Source: Pseudoxanthobacter soli DSM 19599
GTDB taxonomy: Bacteria; Pseudomonadota; Alphaproteobacteria; Rhizobiales; Segnochrobactraceae
Assembly: GCA_945898215.1 (NCBI GenBank)
Contig: CAMDHY010000004.1
Coordinates: forward strand, 46,331 to 78,330
Length of the DNA: 32,000 nucleotides
Direction: 5' to 3'
Part shown: piece by piece, positions 8,803-17,800 of the stretch
Numbering within the stretch: the first letter of the stretch is position 1
Layout of the letters: every line of letters starts with the position of its first letter
Made by a program: the position numbers and the translations under genes
Notes under the pieces: generated by a model
Databases searched by the model: none
What the model saw: only the letters and a program-made list of their open reading frames with translations
What the model was told of the DNA's origin: nothing

Positions 8803-10332
8803 TCAGGCCTTGTCGATCGGCAGCGCGATGTAGCGGGTGTTCTCACCCGACCTCATCTGGAAGAGGACGGCCTTGCGGCCTTCTCCCTTCGCGGCCTCGA
8901 TGCCGGCCGTCACGTCCGCCATCTTGCCGACCGGCTGTCCGCCGACCGCCACGATGACGTCGCCGACCTGCACGCCGCGCTCGGCCGCCGGACCGTTCGG
9001 ATCGACCTCGACGACCGCCAGGCCCTTGTCCTCGAGCCCGACGGAGGCCGCCGGGGCGACCGAGAGGCCGAGCTGCGCGAGATCCGAGCCGTCCTTGCCC
9101 GTCGTCGCGTCGGCCCGCTTGCCGTCCGTCGGCAGGGTGCCGAGCTTGACGGTGATCTCCTGCTGCTTGCCGTCGCGCCACACCGTGATCTTCACGTCGG
9201 TGTTCGGCGCGTAGCCGGCGATGCGGCGGGCGAGATCACGCGGGTCGTCGACGGCGTTGCCGTCGACGGCCGTGATGGTGTCGCCGGACTTGATGCCCGC
9301 CGCCACCGCCGGACCGTCGGCCTGCGGCTCGGTGACGAGCGCGCCCTTGGCGTCCTTCAGGCCGAGGCTGTCGGCGATGTCCGCATTGACGCCCTGGATC
9401 TGCACGCCGAGCCAGCCGCGGGTGACGTTGCCGTCGTCCTTCAGGTCCTCGACGATCTGCTGGACGGTCGCCGCCGGGATGGCGAAGCCGATGCCGACCG
9501 AGCCGCCCGACGGCGAGTAGATCGCCGTGTTGACGCCGACCACCTCGCCCTGGAGGTTGAAGGTCGGGCCGCCGGAGTTGCCCTTGTTGATCGGCGCGTC
9601 GATCTGCAGGAAGTCGTCGTAGGGGCCGGCGCCGATGTCGCGGCCGCGGGCCGAGATGATGCCGGCGGTCACCGAGCCGCCGAGGCCGAACGGGTTGCCG
9701 ACGGCCACCACCCACTCGCCGACGCGGATGTCGCCGTCGTCGAACATCACGTACGGGAAGTCACGGTCGGCATCGACCTTGAGCAGGGCGACGTCGGTCT
9801 TCTCGTCGACGCCGATCACCTTGGCGTCGTACTCGGTGCCGTCGTCCATCGTCACCTTCACCTCGGTGGCGCCGTCGACGACGTGGTTGTTGGTAACGAC
9901 GAAGCCGTCGCCGGAGATGAAGAAGCCCGAGCCCTGGCCGGTGACGAAGCCGCGCTGGCCGCGGTTCGGCAGGCCGGGCCCACCCTGGCCCTGGCCGCGA
10001 TCGGAGCGCGGACCGAACTCGCGGAACCACTCGAACGGCCCGCCCTGCGGCATGCCGTCGAAGCCCGAGGTCTGCGGCCGCGCCTCGGCCTTGACGCGGA
10101 TCGACACGACGGCCGGCTCGACCGCCTGGACGACGTCGGCAAAGCTCGGCATCTGCGCGGTATTGCCGGGCACCTTCACGGCCTCGGCCATCGCCGGGGT
10201 GGCCGGCACCAGGAACGCCTCACCGGCCACCACGCCGGCGACGCCGAGCGACAGGGCGCCGGCGAGCAGGGCGGAGCGCCGGCGCCGCAGCAGGCCGGTG
10301 CGAAGGGAGCCGTTGTGCGAAGTCTCGGTCAT
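8803..10332 (-). CDS. degP: periplasmic serine endoprotease, DegP/HtrA (Do) family, two PDZ domains
   Basis: 509 aa with a signal/anchor (LLAGALSLGVAGVVAG). The catalytic triad contexts are TNNHVV (His), DVALLKV (Asp) and GNSGGPTF (Ser). Two PDZ-like regions make up the C-terminal half. Confidence 0.93.
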   Translation of the reverse strand: MTETSHNGSLRTGLLRRRRSALLAGALSLGVAGVVAGEAFLVPATPAMAEAVKVPGNTAQMPSFADVVQAVEPAVVSIRVKAEARPQTSGFDGMPQGGPFEWFREFGPRSDRGQGQGGPGLPNRGQRGFVTGQGSGFFISGDGFVVTNNHVVDGATEVKVTMDDGTEYDAKVIGVDEKTDVALLKVDADRDFPYVMFDDGDIRVGEWVVAVGNPFGLGGSVTAGIISARGRDIGAGPYDDFLQIDAPINKGNSGGPTFNLQGEVVGVNTAIYSPSGGSVGIGFAIPAATVQQIVEDLKDDGNVTRGWLGVQIQGVNADIADSLGLKDAKGALVTEPQADGPAVAAGIKSGDTITAVDGNAVDDPRDLARRIAGYAPNTDVKITVWRDGKQQEITVKLGTLPTDGKRADATTGKDGSDLAQLGLSVAPAASVGLEDKGLAVVEVDPNGPAAERGVQVGDVIVAVGGQPVGKMADVTAGIEAAKGEGRKAVLFQMRSGENTRYIALPIDKA

Positions 10333-10476
10333 GCGGTGATCCTCGAAGGAGCTTGTTGTCCTGCAGGCGACTTGCCGCCGCCTTCGAGGTCATGTCTGAC
10401 GCCCGCCGCCTTACGGCCCGCTGTCCGAGGGATGAATTCTTCGTAACGTTCGCCGGCGTGAACGAGATGGCGGGCC

Positions 10477-11100
10477 TCAGCGGCCCGGCGTCTCCGGCGT
10501 GACCGCCGCGCCGGCCCGCAGCCGCGCGAGTTCCGCCTCCTCCTCGGCCGACAGCGGCGCCGGCTCGGGGCGGCGGCGGTTGCGGCCGACGACACCCCAG
10601 GCGATCAGTCCGCCGGTAACCAGCACCGCGGGCGCCGCGAGCCAGAGCAGGAGGTTGTGGCCCGAGAAGCTCGGCTTCAGGAGCACGAACTCGCCGTAGC
10701 GCTCGACGAGGAAGTCCAGCACCTGCGCGTCGCTGTCGCCGGCCACCAGCCGCTCGCGCACCAGCAGCCTGAGGTCGCGGGCGAGCGGCGCGTTGGAATC
10801 GTCGATCGACTGGTTCTGGCACACCATGCAGCGCAGTTCCGCCGACAAGATGCGCGCCCGCTGCTCGAGCGCCGGATCGGGCAGGATCTCGTCGGGCTGC
10901 ACAGCAAAGGCGGGGGCGGCCATCGCAGTGAAGGCGAAAACGACGACCGCCAAGACTGCAACGCGAACCCTCCCCCCTCGCAGACGCGACCGTCCCTCCC
11001 CTGCCAGGGGGAGGGACAGACCGCGCCAGCGGTCAGGGTGGGGCCAGTCAATCCGGGCCGCGGCGAGCGTTGTCTGGGCGGTTCGAGTGCCAGACGGCAT
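10477..11100 (-). CDS. ccmH: cytochrome c-type biogenesis protein CcmH (CycL); start uncertain
   Basis: The mature part is unambiguous. It has the signal h-region VAVLAVVVFAFTAMAAPAFA, the LRCMVCQNQSIDDS (CxxC) motif and a C-terminal TM helix. There is no ATG or GTG just before the signal peptide. The first ATG after the ccmF stop is at 11100, which gives a 44-aa N-terminal extension encoded by repeat sequence. The alternative is a TTG at 10953. Confidence 0.8.
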   Translation of the reverse strand: MPSGTRTAQTTLAAARIDWPHPDRWRGLSLPLAGEGRSRLRGGRVRVAVLAVVVFAFTAMAAPAFAVQPDEILPDPALEQRARILSAELRCMVCQNQSIDDSNAPLARDLRLLVRERLVAGDSDAQVLDFLVERYGEFVLLKPSFSGHNLLLWLAAPAVLVTGGLIAWGVVGRNRRRPEPAPLSAEEEAELARLRAGAAVTPETPGR

Positions 11101-11178
11101 TCGTCCGTCGCCGTGATGCCCCGGGCCCCGCCCTGGCGACCTGCGGTCGCCTGTCCCTCCCCCTGTCAGGGGAGGGAC
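10992..11178. repeat. inverted pair of G-rich hairpin modules (family B) in the ccmF-ccmH junction
   Basis: Module 1 is GTCCCTCCCC tgcca GGGGGAGGGAC (10992-11017) followed by GACCGC gcca GCGGTC (11019-11034). Module 2 is in mirror order: GGCGACC tgc GGTCGCC (11135-11151), then GTCCCTCCCCC tgtca GGGGAGGGAC (11153-11178). Related hairpins occur at 29756-29780 and 29879-29899. Confidence 0.7.
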
Positions 11179-11204
11179 GCCGGACCGCACCGCCCGCGTC
11201 TCCG

Positions 11205-13181
11205 TCACGCCACCGCCTCCGCCCGCCGCGCCGGCCGTGGCGCGCCGACCCTGAGCCTGCGGTCGGCGAGCGACAGGCAGCCGCCGAGCGCCATCATCAC
11301 GCAGCCGAGCCAGATCAGCGTCACCATCGGCTTGAACTGCGCCCGCACCACCGTGCGCCCGTCGGCACCCGGATCGCCGAGGCTCACATAGAGCTGCGAG
11401 AAGCCGCGGGTGAGGATCGCCGCCTCCGTCGTCGGCATCTGCCGGGCCGGATAGAAGCGCTTCGTCGGCGCCATCTCGGCGATCGCCAGGCCGTCGCGCG
11501 TCACGGCGAAGCGCGCCACCTCCTCGCGGAAGTTCGGGCCCTGGCGCGGCGTCGAGCCCTCGAAGGTGAGGTCGTAGCCGGCGATCTCGATGCGCTCGCC
11601 CGGCACCACGCTGGTGATGCGCTCGTGGTCGTAGCCGCTCGCCCCGGCGATGCCGAGCACCGTCAGCCCCATGCCGAGATGGCCGAGTGCGGTGCCGAAG
11701 GCCGCGCGCGGCAGGCCGAAGAAGCGCCGCAGGAAGGGGCCGACGCCACCGCCGCCGCGCGCCGCCCGCTGCACCGGCTCGGTCAGCGAGCCGACGATCA
11801 GCCAGAACGCAAGGCCGACGGCGAGCGCCGCGAGGATGCCCGTCGCCCCGCTCAGCCACAGCGTCACCGCGGTCGCCGCCAGCGCGGCGAGCGCCGCCGC
11901 CGCGAGCCGCTCGGCGACGCCGGCGAGGTCGGCCCGCTTCCACGCGAGCAGCGGCCCGAACGGGATCGCGATCAGCGCCGGGATCATCAGCGGCACGAAG
12001 GTGAGGTTGAAGAACGGCGCCCCGACCGAGATCTTCTCGCCCGTCACCGATTCGAGCGCCAGCGGATAGAGCGTGCCGACGAAGACCGTGGCACACGCCG
12101 CCGACAGGAAGACGTTGTTGAGGACGAGGGCGCCCTCCCGGCTCACCGGCGCGAAAATGCCGCCCGGCTTCAGCATCGGCGCGCGCCAGGCATAGAGCGC
12201 GAGCGAGCCGCCGACGAAGATCACCAGGATCGCCAGGATGAAGACGCCGCGCGTCGGGTCGGTGGCGAAGGCGTGCACCGAGGTGAGCACGCCCGAGCGG
12301 ACGAGGAAGGTGCCGAGCAGCGACAGCGAGAAGGCGAGGATGGCGAGAAGCACCGTCCAGATCTTCAGCGCGTCGCGCTTCTCCATGACGATCGCCGAGT
12401 GGAGCAGCGCGGTCGCCGCCAGCCACGGCATGAACGAGGCGTTCTCGACCGGGTCCCAGAACCACCAGCCGCCCCAGCCGAGCTCGTAATAGGCCCAGTA
12501 GGAGCCCATCGCGATGCCGAGCGTCAGGAAGATCCACGCCGCCAGCGTCCACGGCCGCACCCACCGCGCCCAGGCGGCGTCGATGCGTCCCTCGATCAGG
12601 GCGGCGATGGCGAAGGAGAAGGCGATCGAGACGCCGACATAGCCGACATAGAGCAGCGGCGGATGGATCGCGAGGCCGATGTCCTGGAGGATCGGATTGA
12701 GGTCCTGGCCTTCGAAGGGGGCCGGGATCATCCGGTTGAACGGGTTCGACGTCATCAGGATGAACAGCAGGAACGCCGCCGTCACCCAGCCCTGCACCGA
12801 CAGCACGGTGGCCCTGAGCGTCTGCGGCAGGCGGCCGCCGAAGATCGCCACGAGGGCGGAGAACAGCACGAGGATCAGCACCCAGAGCAGCATCGAGCCC
12901 TCGTGGTTGCCCCACACGCCACTGATCTTGAAGATCATCGGCTTCGCCGAGTGCGAGTTCTCGAAGACGTTGACGAGCGAGAAGTCGGAGCGGACGTAGG
13001 CGACCGTCAGAGCCGCGAAGGACAGCGCCACGAGCCCGAGGGTGGCGAGCGCCACCGGCTCGGCGACCGCCATCAGGCGTCCATCACCCGTTTTGGCGCC
13101 CCACACCGGCAGCACCGACTGGATGAAGGCGAGCCCGAGCGCCAGCACCAGCGCGTAGTGGCCGATTTCGGTGATCATCAT
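11205..13181 (-). CDS. ccmF: cytochrome c maturation heme lyase subunit CcmF (CycK)
   Basis: 658-aa polytopic membrane protein with the WWD motif WGGWWFWDPVENASFMPWL. Confidence 0.95.
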   Translation of the reverse strand: MMITEIGHYALVLALGLAFIQSVLPVWGAKTGDGRLMAVAEPVALATLGLVALSFAALTVAYVRSDFSLVNVFENSHSAKPMIFKISGVWGNHEGSMLLWVLILVLFSALVAIFGGRLPQTLRATVLSVQGWVTAAFLLFILMTSNPFNRMIPAPFEGQDLNPILQDIGLAIHPPLLYVGYVGVSIAFSFAIAALIEGRIDAAWARWVRPWTLAAWIFLTLGIAMGSYWAYYELGWGGWWFWDPVENASFMPWLAATALLHSAIVMEKRDALKIWTVLLAILAFSLSLLGTFLVRSGVLTSVHAFATDPTRGVFILAILVIFVGGSLALYAWRAPMLKPGGIFAPVSREGALVLNNVFLSAACATVFVGTLYPLALESVTGEKISVGAPFFNLTFVPLMIPALIAIPFGPLLAWKRADLAGVAERLAAAALAALAATAVTLWLSGATGILAALAVGLAFWLIVGSLTEPVQRAARGGGGVGPFLRRFFGLPRAAFGTALGHLGMGLTVLGIAGASGYDHERITSVVPGERIEIAGYDLTFEGSTPRQGPNFREEVARFAVTRDGLAIAEMAPTKRFYPARQMPTTEAAILTRGFSQLYVSLGDPGADGRTVVRAQFKPMVTLIWLGCVMMALGGCLSLADRRLRVGAPRPARRAEAVA

Positions 13182-13204
13182 GGCCGCGGGTCCCCTTCCC
13201 TCGC

Positions 13205-13672
13205 CTACTGGCCGGCCGCGCCGGGCGCGCCCGCCTCGGCGCCCTCCTGCCAGTGCCCCTGCGCCTTGAGCGAATCGGCGACCTCTTTCGGCATGTAGTT
13301 CTCGTCGTGCTTGGCGAGCACGGTGTCGGCGACGAAGACGCCGTCGGGGCCGAGGCGCCCCTCGGTGACGACGCCCTGACCCTCGCGGAACAGGTCCGGC
13401 AGGATGCCCGTGTACGTCACCGGGATGGTGCTCGCCGTGTCGGTGACGGTGAAACGCACCTCGGTCTCACCGGTCCGCTCGACGCTGCCCTCCGCGACGA
13501 GGCCACCCATGCGCACCCGGTCACCGACCGGGACCTGCCGCTCCGCGAGTTCGGTGGGGGTGCGGAAGAACACGATCTGGTCGTTGAGGGCCGACAGCAC
13601 CAGGCCGGTCGCCGACATCAGCACGGCCCCCGCCACGCCGATCAGCACCAGACGTCTCTGCTTGCGCGTCAT
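13205..13672 (-). CDS. ccmE: cytochrome c maturation heme chaperone CcmE (CycJ)
   Basis: 155 aa with an N-terminal anchor ([19 protein letters not shown]) and the heme-binding His context [13 protein letters not shown]. Confidence 0.95.
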   Translation of the reverse strand: MTRKQRRLVLIGVAGAVLMSATGLVLSALNDQIVFFRTPTELAERQVPVGDRVRMGGLVAEGSVERTGETEVRFTVTDTASTIPVTYTGILPDLFREGQGVVTEGRLGPDGVFVADTVLAKHDENYMPKEVADSLKAQGHWQEGAEAGAPGAAGQ

Positions 13673-13759
13673 CGGTTCACCCCGGTGATCGTCGCGCGCC
13701 CCGGTCCGCCGTCGCAGGCCCCAAGCACGTTCGTCCTCCCGCCGGTTCGTCCGGCCATT

Positions 13760-14914
13760 TCACTCGGTGAGGCCGAGCCCCGCCGCCGTCGTGTCGAGAC
13801 GCTGCACGTCCGCCGCGTCCGGATGGGCCGCCTTCGCCGCGGCGAGCGCGGTGCGCGCCTCGTCGGTGCGCCCCAGCACAACATAGGAGCGCACCAGCCG
13901 AAGCCAATCGTCCACCGTGCCGCCCTCGCGCGCGAGCCGTGCCGACAGGCCCTCGACCATGTTGCCGATCATGGCCGCCCGCTCTTCGGGCGTCATCTCG
14001 CTCGCCGCCTCCACCTCCGCCGCGTCCGGGCCCGGGGCGCCGGCCGCCGGAGCGGCCGGGGCCGCGGCGGGCGGCGGCTCCGTCGAGCCGGTGAGGGTGG
14101 CGAGCTGCGTGCGCGCCACCGGCAGCCAGGGCTCTTTGCCGCTGGCGCTGTCGATGATCGCCCGCCACGCCGCCTCGGCGTCGGCGGTGCGGCCGTCCTG
14201 GCCGAGCGCCAGCGCCAGGAAGAAGCGCGGGCGGATGGCGTTCGGATCGAGGGTTCGCGCCCGCTCGAAGGCGGCGCGGGCGTCGGCCGTGACGACGCCG
14301 CCGGCGTCGCCCGTCAGGGCCTCGCCAAGCCCGGCTTCGAGGTCGGCCGTGGCGCCATTCGTGCGGATGGCGTTGGAAAAGGCGGCGGCGGCGTCGCTGT
14401 AGCGGCCGGCGCGCAGGTAGACCGGGGCGAGGACGGCCCAGCCTTGCCCGTCGTCGGGGTTCTGCGCGAGGTGGCTCTCGACGCGCGCGAGCAACGCCTC
14501 GAGGTTCTGCCCGTCCATCGGCTCGGACTGACGGCTCGCCAGCGGCAGGTCCGGCAGGGTCGGCGCCCCGAAGCCGCCATAGAGCGAAACGGCGAGCAGC
14601 GGCAGGCCGACGATTGCCAGTCCCGCCGCGACGATCAGGCGCCAGCGCCGCGGTGGTGCCGCCGGCTCGTGGCGCTGCGACGCGCGGATCAGCCGGCGGC
14701 CGATCTCCGCCCGCGCCGCCTCGGCCTCGCGCCCACTGACGGCACCGCGGGCGACGTCGCGCTCGAGCTCCGCGAGCTGGTCGGCATAGATCGCCGCGTC
14801 GGGGGCCGTGGCCGCGTCCTCGGCAACGCCGCGCGAGCGGCCCGCCCGCGCCAGCGGAACGAGCACCGAAAGCGCCGCAAGCGCGGTCAGCACGGCAAAC
14901 ACAGCCCAGACCAT
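13760..14914 (-). CDS. ccmI: c-type cytochrome biogenesis protein CcmI (CycH), TM plus TPR
   Basis: 384 aa with two N-terminal TM helices and a TPR-like C-terminal half. It sits directly upstream of ccmE-ccmF-ccmH, as in the cycHJKL operons. Confidence 0.85.
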   Translation of the reverse strand: MVWAVFAVLTALAALSVLVPLARAGRSRGVAEDAATAPDAAIYADQLAELERDVARGAVSGREAEAARAEIGRRLIRASQRHEPAAPPRRWRLIVAAGLAIVGLPLLAVSLYGGFGAPTLPDLPLASRQSEPMDGQNLEALLARVESHLAQNPDDGQGWAVLAPVYLRAGRYSDAAAAFSNAIRTNGATADLEAGLGEALTGDAGGVVTADARAAFERARTLDPNAIRPRFFLALALGQDGRTADAEAAWRAIIDSASGKEPWLPVARTQLATLTGSTEPPPAAAPAAPAAGAPGPDAAEVEAASEMTPEERAAMIGNMVEGLSARLAREGGTVDDWLRLVRSYVVLGRTDEARTALAAAKAAHPDAADVQRLDTTAAGLGLTE

Positions 14915-15137
14915 CGGCTACCCGAACACGCTCCCGTCAGCGGCGACGTCACGACCTATGTGGCCGCCCCTCGCCCGGCTGGAACGATGACAGGTTGTCA
15001 CGCGCCCGTCCCGGGCGTCGATCAATTTCTGCCGGAAGGGCCTCTCCGCAGGCCGGTTGGCCGTGGTTCCGCCAACTGCACGCCGCCGCCGCGACGTCCC
15101 GCTGGTCGCCGGCGACAACGCCGTCAGAGCGATCGTC

Positions 15138-15611
15138 TCAGGCGATCGCCTGCCAGGAACCGTCGGCGCGCCGGCAGGCGGCGCCGCGCCGCACCTCGCG
15201 GCCCGCCGTGGTCTCCACAGTGTGCGCGAAATCGCGGCACTCGAGATTGTTCACCACGTAGACCGGGCCCGGGACGATCTCGCCCTTGCTGCCGGTCGCC
15301 GGGTTCGACCACGTCACCGAGGTGCCGGCCCGCGACTGGTCGAGTGCCCGCGTCTGCGCCTTGTAGGCGGCCGCGAGGTCGCCGGGGCCGAGACCGCCGC
15401 CGAAGCCCGCGCCGAGCAGCGCCTCGATCTTCTCCGAGGCGATCGATTCGGCCTCGTCCGATGGCGCCGCGAGGCCAGTCGCCGACAGCGGTGTGCCGAT
15501 CGCAACACCGTCGGTGCCGGCGCAACCGGCGAGCGCCAGCACGAGGCCCGCGGCGACCATCGGTCGCAGCGTCCACCGTCCGCTCGCCATCACCGTTCCG
15601 TTCGCCGGCAT
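15138..15611 (-). CDS. surface-antigen-like lipoprotein (COG4520-type domain)
   Basis: The lipobox is LVLALAGC. The C-terminal motif is GSKGEIVPGPVYVVNNLECRDFAHTV...GAACRRADGSWQ, which I remember from alphaproteobacterial surface-antigen lipoproteins. The start is the ATG at 15611 or at 15590. The ORF-track start at 15767 overlaps the upstream kinase gene and is unlikely. Confidence 0.65.
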   Translation of the reverse strand: MPANGTVMASGRWTLRPMVAAGLVLALAGCAGTDGVAIGTPLSATGLAAPSDEAESIASEKIEALLGAGFGGGLGPGDLAAAYKAQTRALDQSRAGTSVTWSNPATGSKGEIVPGPVYVVNNLECRDFAHTVETTAGREVRRGAACRRADGSWQAIA

Positions 15612-15714
15612 GTCGCACCCATCGGCGGGCCAGGACGCACCCGCGACATCCTCATAGTTAGGTCCGTTCGCGCTCCGTTTCCAGAGTCCTTTTGCACTGC
15701 GGCAGAATCGGGGG

Positions 15715-17109
15715 TCAAAGGATCGGGAGCGACAGCAGCGCGCGCAGCCCGCCGCCTGGCGCGGCATCGAGTTCGAGCCGTCCGCCGTAGAGACCGGCGA
15801 GGTCCGTGACGATGGCGAGGCCGAGGCCAGAGCCGGGCACGCTCTCGTCCAGCCGCCGGCCGCGCTGCAGCGCCGCGGCGCGCGCCGCCGGGTCGAGGCC
15901 GGGGCCGTCGTCGTCGACGATCACCCGCGCCATCCGCCGGTCGCCGCCGGCGGCACCCGTCGCCTCGACCCTGAGGTCGACACGCGTCGCCGCCCACTTG
16001 CAGGCGTTGTCGAGGAGGTTGCCGAGCATCTCCTCGAGATCCTGCCGCTCGCCGCGGAAACGCAGGTCCGCCGGCACGCTCACCTCCACCGTCAGCCCGC
16101 GCGCCTCGTGGATGCGCCGCATCGCCCGCGCCAGTCCCTCCGCCGCCGGGGCGATCTCGGTGACGACGCCGATCATCCGCCGCTGCGCCGCGAGCCGGGC
16201 CCGGTCGAGGTGGTGGTTCACCTGCGCCTGCATGAGCAGCGCCTGTTCCTCGACCTTGGCCGCGAGCGGCCCGTCGCCGGCACGCGCCTCGTTCAGCACC
16301 ACCGACAGCGGCGTCTTCAGCGCATGGGCGAGGTTGCCGACGTGGGTGCGGGCGCGATCGACGATCTCGCGGTTGGAATCGATCAGCGCGTTGAGTTCGG
16401 TGGCGAGCGGCGCAATCTCGCTCGGGAACGTCCCCTCGAGGCGCTGCGTGTCGCCGACGCGGATGGCGTGCAGCGCCGCCCGCATCCGTTCGAGCGGCTT
16501 GAGGCCGACGCGCACCTGCAGCAGCGTCGCCAGCACCAGCCCGAGCCCGAAGACCGACAGCGTCGCCGCGACGCGGGTGCCGAAGGTCGCCACCTCCTCG
16601 CCGATCTCGGTGGCGTTGCCGGCGACCGCGACGAGGTAGCGGCCGCCGTCGGCGAGCGAGATGACGCGCTCGAGGTAGCGCAGGTCCTCGCCGTCCGGCC
16701 CGGCGATGGCGCCGCGCGCCGGCGTGCTGTCGAGGCTCGGCTCACCGTCCGGCAGCGTCAGCACGTCGCCGGCGAGGGAGGCCGAGCTCATCTCGACCAC
16801 GCCGGCCGGAAAGCTGCGCACCGTCCAGTACCAGCCCGACAGCGGCAGACCGAAGCGCGGCTCGCCGAGGTTGCCCGGCTCGCGCAGCACCACGTCGTCG
16901 TCGCCGTCGCCGACCATCTGGGCGATCAGCGTCTTCAGGAAGACGTCGAGGCGCTCGTCGAAGCCGCGTTCCACCGACTGCCGGTAGAGCGCCACCAGGA
17001 TGATGCCGGCGGCGGCGAGCGAAATGGCGCTCCACAGGATCGCCGACAGCAGCAGCCGCGCCGCCAGCGACCGCGGCGCGCCACCCGGCGCTCTGAGGCC
17101 GCGGATCAG
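15715..17109 (-). CDS. sensor histidine kinase (partner of the regulator at 17106-17780); 5' end probably non-canonical
   Basis: The H-box is VGNLAHALKTPLSVV and the ATPase motifs are DDDGPGLD and GSGLGLAIV. The ORF track starts at the GTG at 16995, in the middle of the first TM helix. The frame stays open upstream and encodes LIRGLRAPGGAPRSLAARLLLSAILWSAISLAAAGIIL. The only plausible start there is the CTG at 17109-17107, which overlaps the regulator's TGA (CTGA). Confidence 0.8.
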   Translation of the reverse strand: MIRGLRAPGGAPRSLAARLLLSAILWSAISLAAAGIILVALYRQSVERGFDERLDVFLKTLIAQMVGDGDDDVVLREPGNLGEPRFGLPLSGWYWTVRSFPAGVVEMSSASLAGDVLTLPDGEPSLDSTPARGAIAGPDGEDLRYLERVISLADGGRYLVAVAGNATEIGEEVATFGTRVAATLSVFGLGLVLATLLQVRVGLKPLERMRAALHAIRVGDTQRLEGTFPSEIAPLATELNALIDSNREIVDRARTHVGNLAHALKTPLSVVLNEARAGDGPLAAKVEEQALLMQAQVNHHLDRARLAAQRRMIGVVTEIAPAAEGLARAMRRIHEARGLTVEVSVPADLRFRGERQDLEEMLGNLLDNACKWAATRVDLRVEATGAAGGDRRMARVIVDDDGPGLDPAARAAALQRGRRLDESVPGSGLGLAIVTDLAGLYGGRLELDAAPGGGLRALLSLPIL

Positions 17110-17780
17110 GTCCCGCCCTCCGGCGGTGGCGTCAGCCGGTAGCCGAGACCGCGCACCGTCTCGATGACGTCGGCGGCGAGCTTCTTCCGCAGGCGTCCGA
17201 CGAACACCTCGATCGTGTTGGAATCGCGATCGAAGTCCTGGTCGTAGAGGTGCTCGGTGAGTTCGCTGCGCGACACCACCCGCCCCTGGTGCATCAGGAG
17301 ATAGACGAGCAGCCGGTACTCGTGGGAGGTGAGCTTCACCGGCGCGCCGTCGACGGTGACGCGTGAGGCCCGCGTGTCGACCCTGACCGGCCCGCAGGCG
17401 ATCTCGTTCGAGGCGTGGCCGGCAGCGCGGCGCACCAGCGCCCTGAGCCGCGCCAGCACCTCCTCCATGTGGAAGGGCTTCGCCACATAGTCGTCGGCGC
17501 CGGCGTCGATGCCGGCGACCTTGTCGCTCCAGCGGTCGCGCGCCGTCAGAAGCAGCACCGGCATCGCCCGCCCGTCACGCCGCCATCGCTCCAGCACGCT
17601 GATGCCGTCGAGACGCGGCAGGCCGATGTCGAGCACCACCGCGTCATAGGGCTCGGTATCGCCGAGGAAGTGTCCCTCCTCACCGTCGAAGGCGGTGTCG
17701 ACGGCATAGCCCGCCTCGCGCAGCGCCGTGCCGAGCTGGCGGCTCAGATCGTAATCGTCCTCGACGACGAGTACCCGCAC
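17106..17780 (-). CDS. OmpR/PhoB-family response regulator
   Basis: The receiver domain starts at VRVLVVEDDYDLS, a GTG at 17780 preceded by GGGAGGAGG. The C-terminal winged helix is TVRGLGYRL. The 78-aa upstream extension in the ORF track is arginine/glycine-rich junk. Confidence 0.9.
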   Translation of the reverse strand: MRVLVVEDDYDLSRQLGTALREAGYAVDTAFDGEEGHFLGDTEPYDAVVLDIGLPRLDGISVLERWRRDGRAMPVLLLTARDRWSDKVAGIDAGADDYVAKPFHMEEVLARLRALVRRAAGHASNEIACGPVRVDTRASRVTVDGAPVKLTSHEYRLLVYLLMHQGRVVSRSELTEHLYDQDFDRDSNTIEVFVGRLRKKLAADVIETVRGLGYRLTPPPEGGT

Positions 17781-17800
17781 CCGCCTCCTCCCGTCCCGAA

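Noticed and set aside
6895-10446. 1183-aa plus-strand ORF. Similar long ORFs occur at 3765-6236 (+), 11070-13298 (+), 13253-15661 (+), 21833-25837 (+) and 10477-12915 (-).
   Set aside because: These run antisense or out of frame to well-supported genes (kinase, degP, glnE, ccmF, ccmI, g15). Their products are Arg/Pro/Gly/Ala-rich low-complexity sequence with no motifs. Stop-poor alternative frames like this are a typical artefact of roughly 70%-GC DNA.
14988-15000. Small palindrome TGACAggtTGTCA upstream of ccmI.
   Set aside because: A 5-bp-arm palindrome is expected by chance in this much sequence, and I cannot attach a known motif to it.
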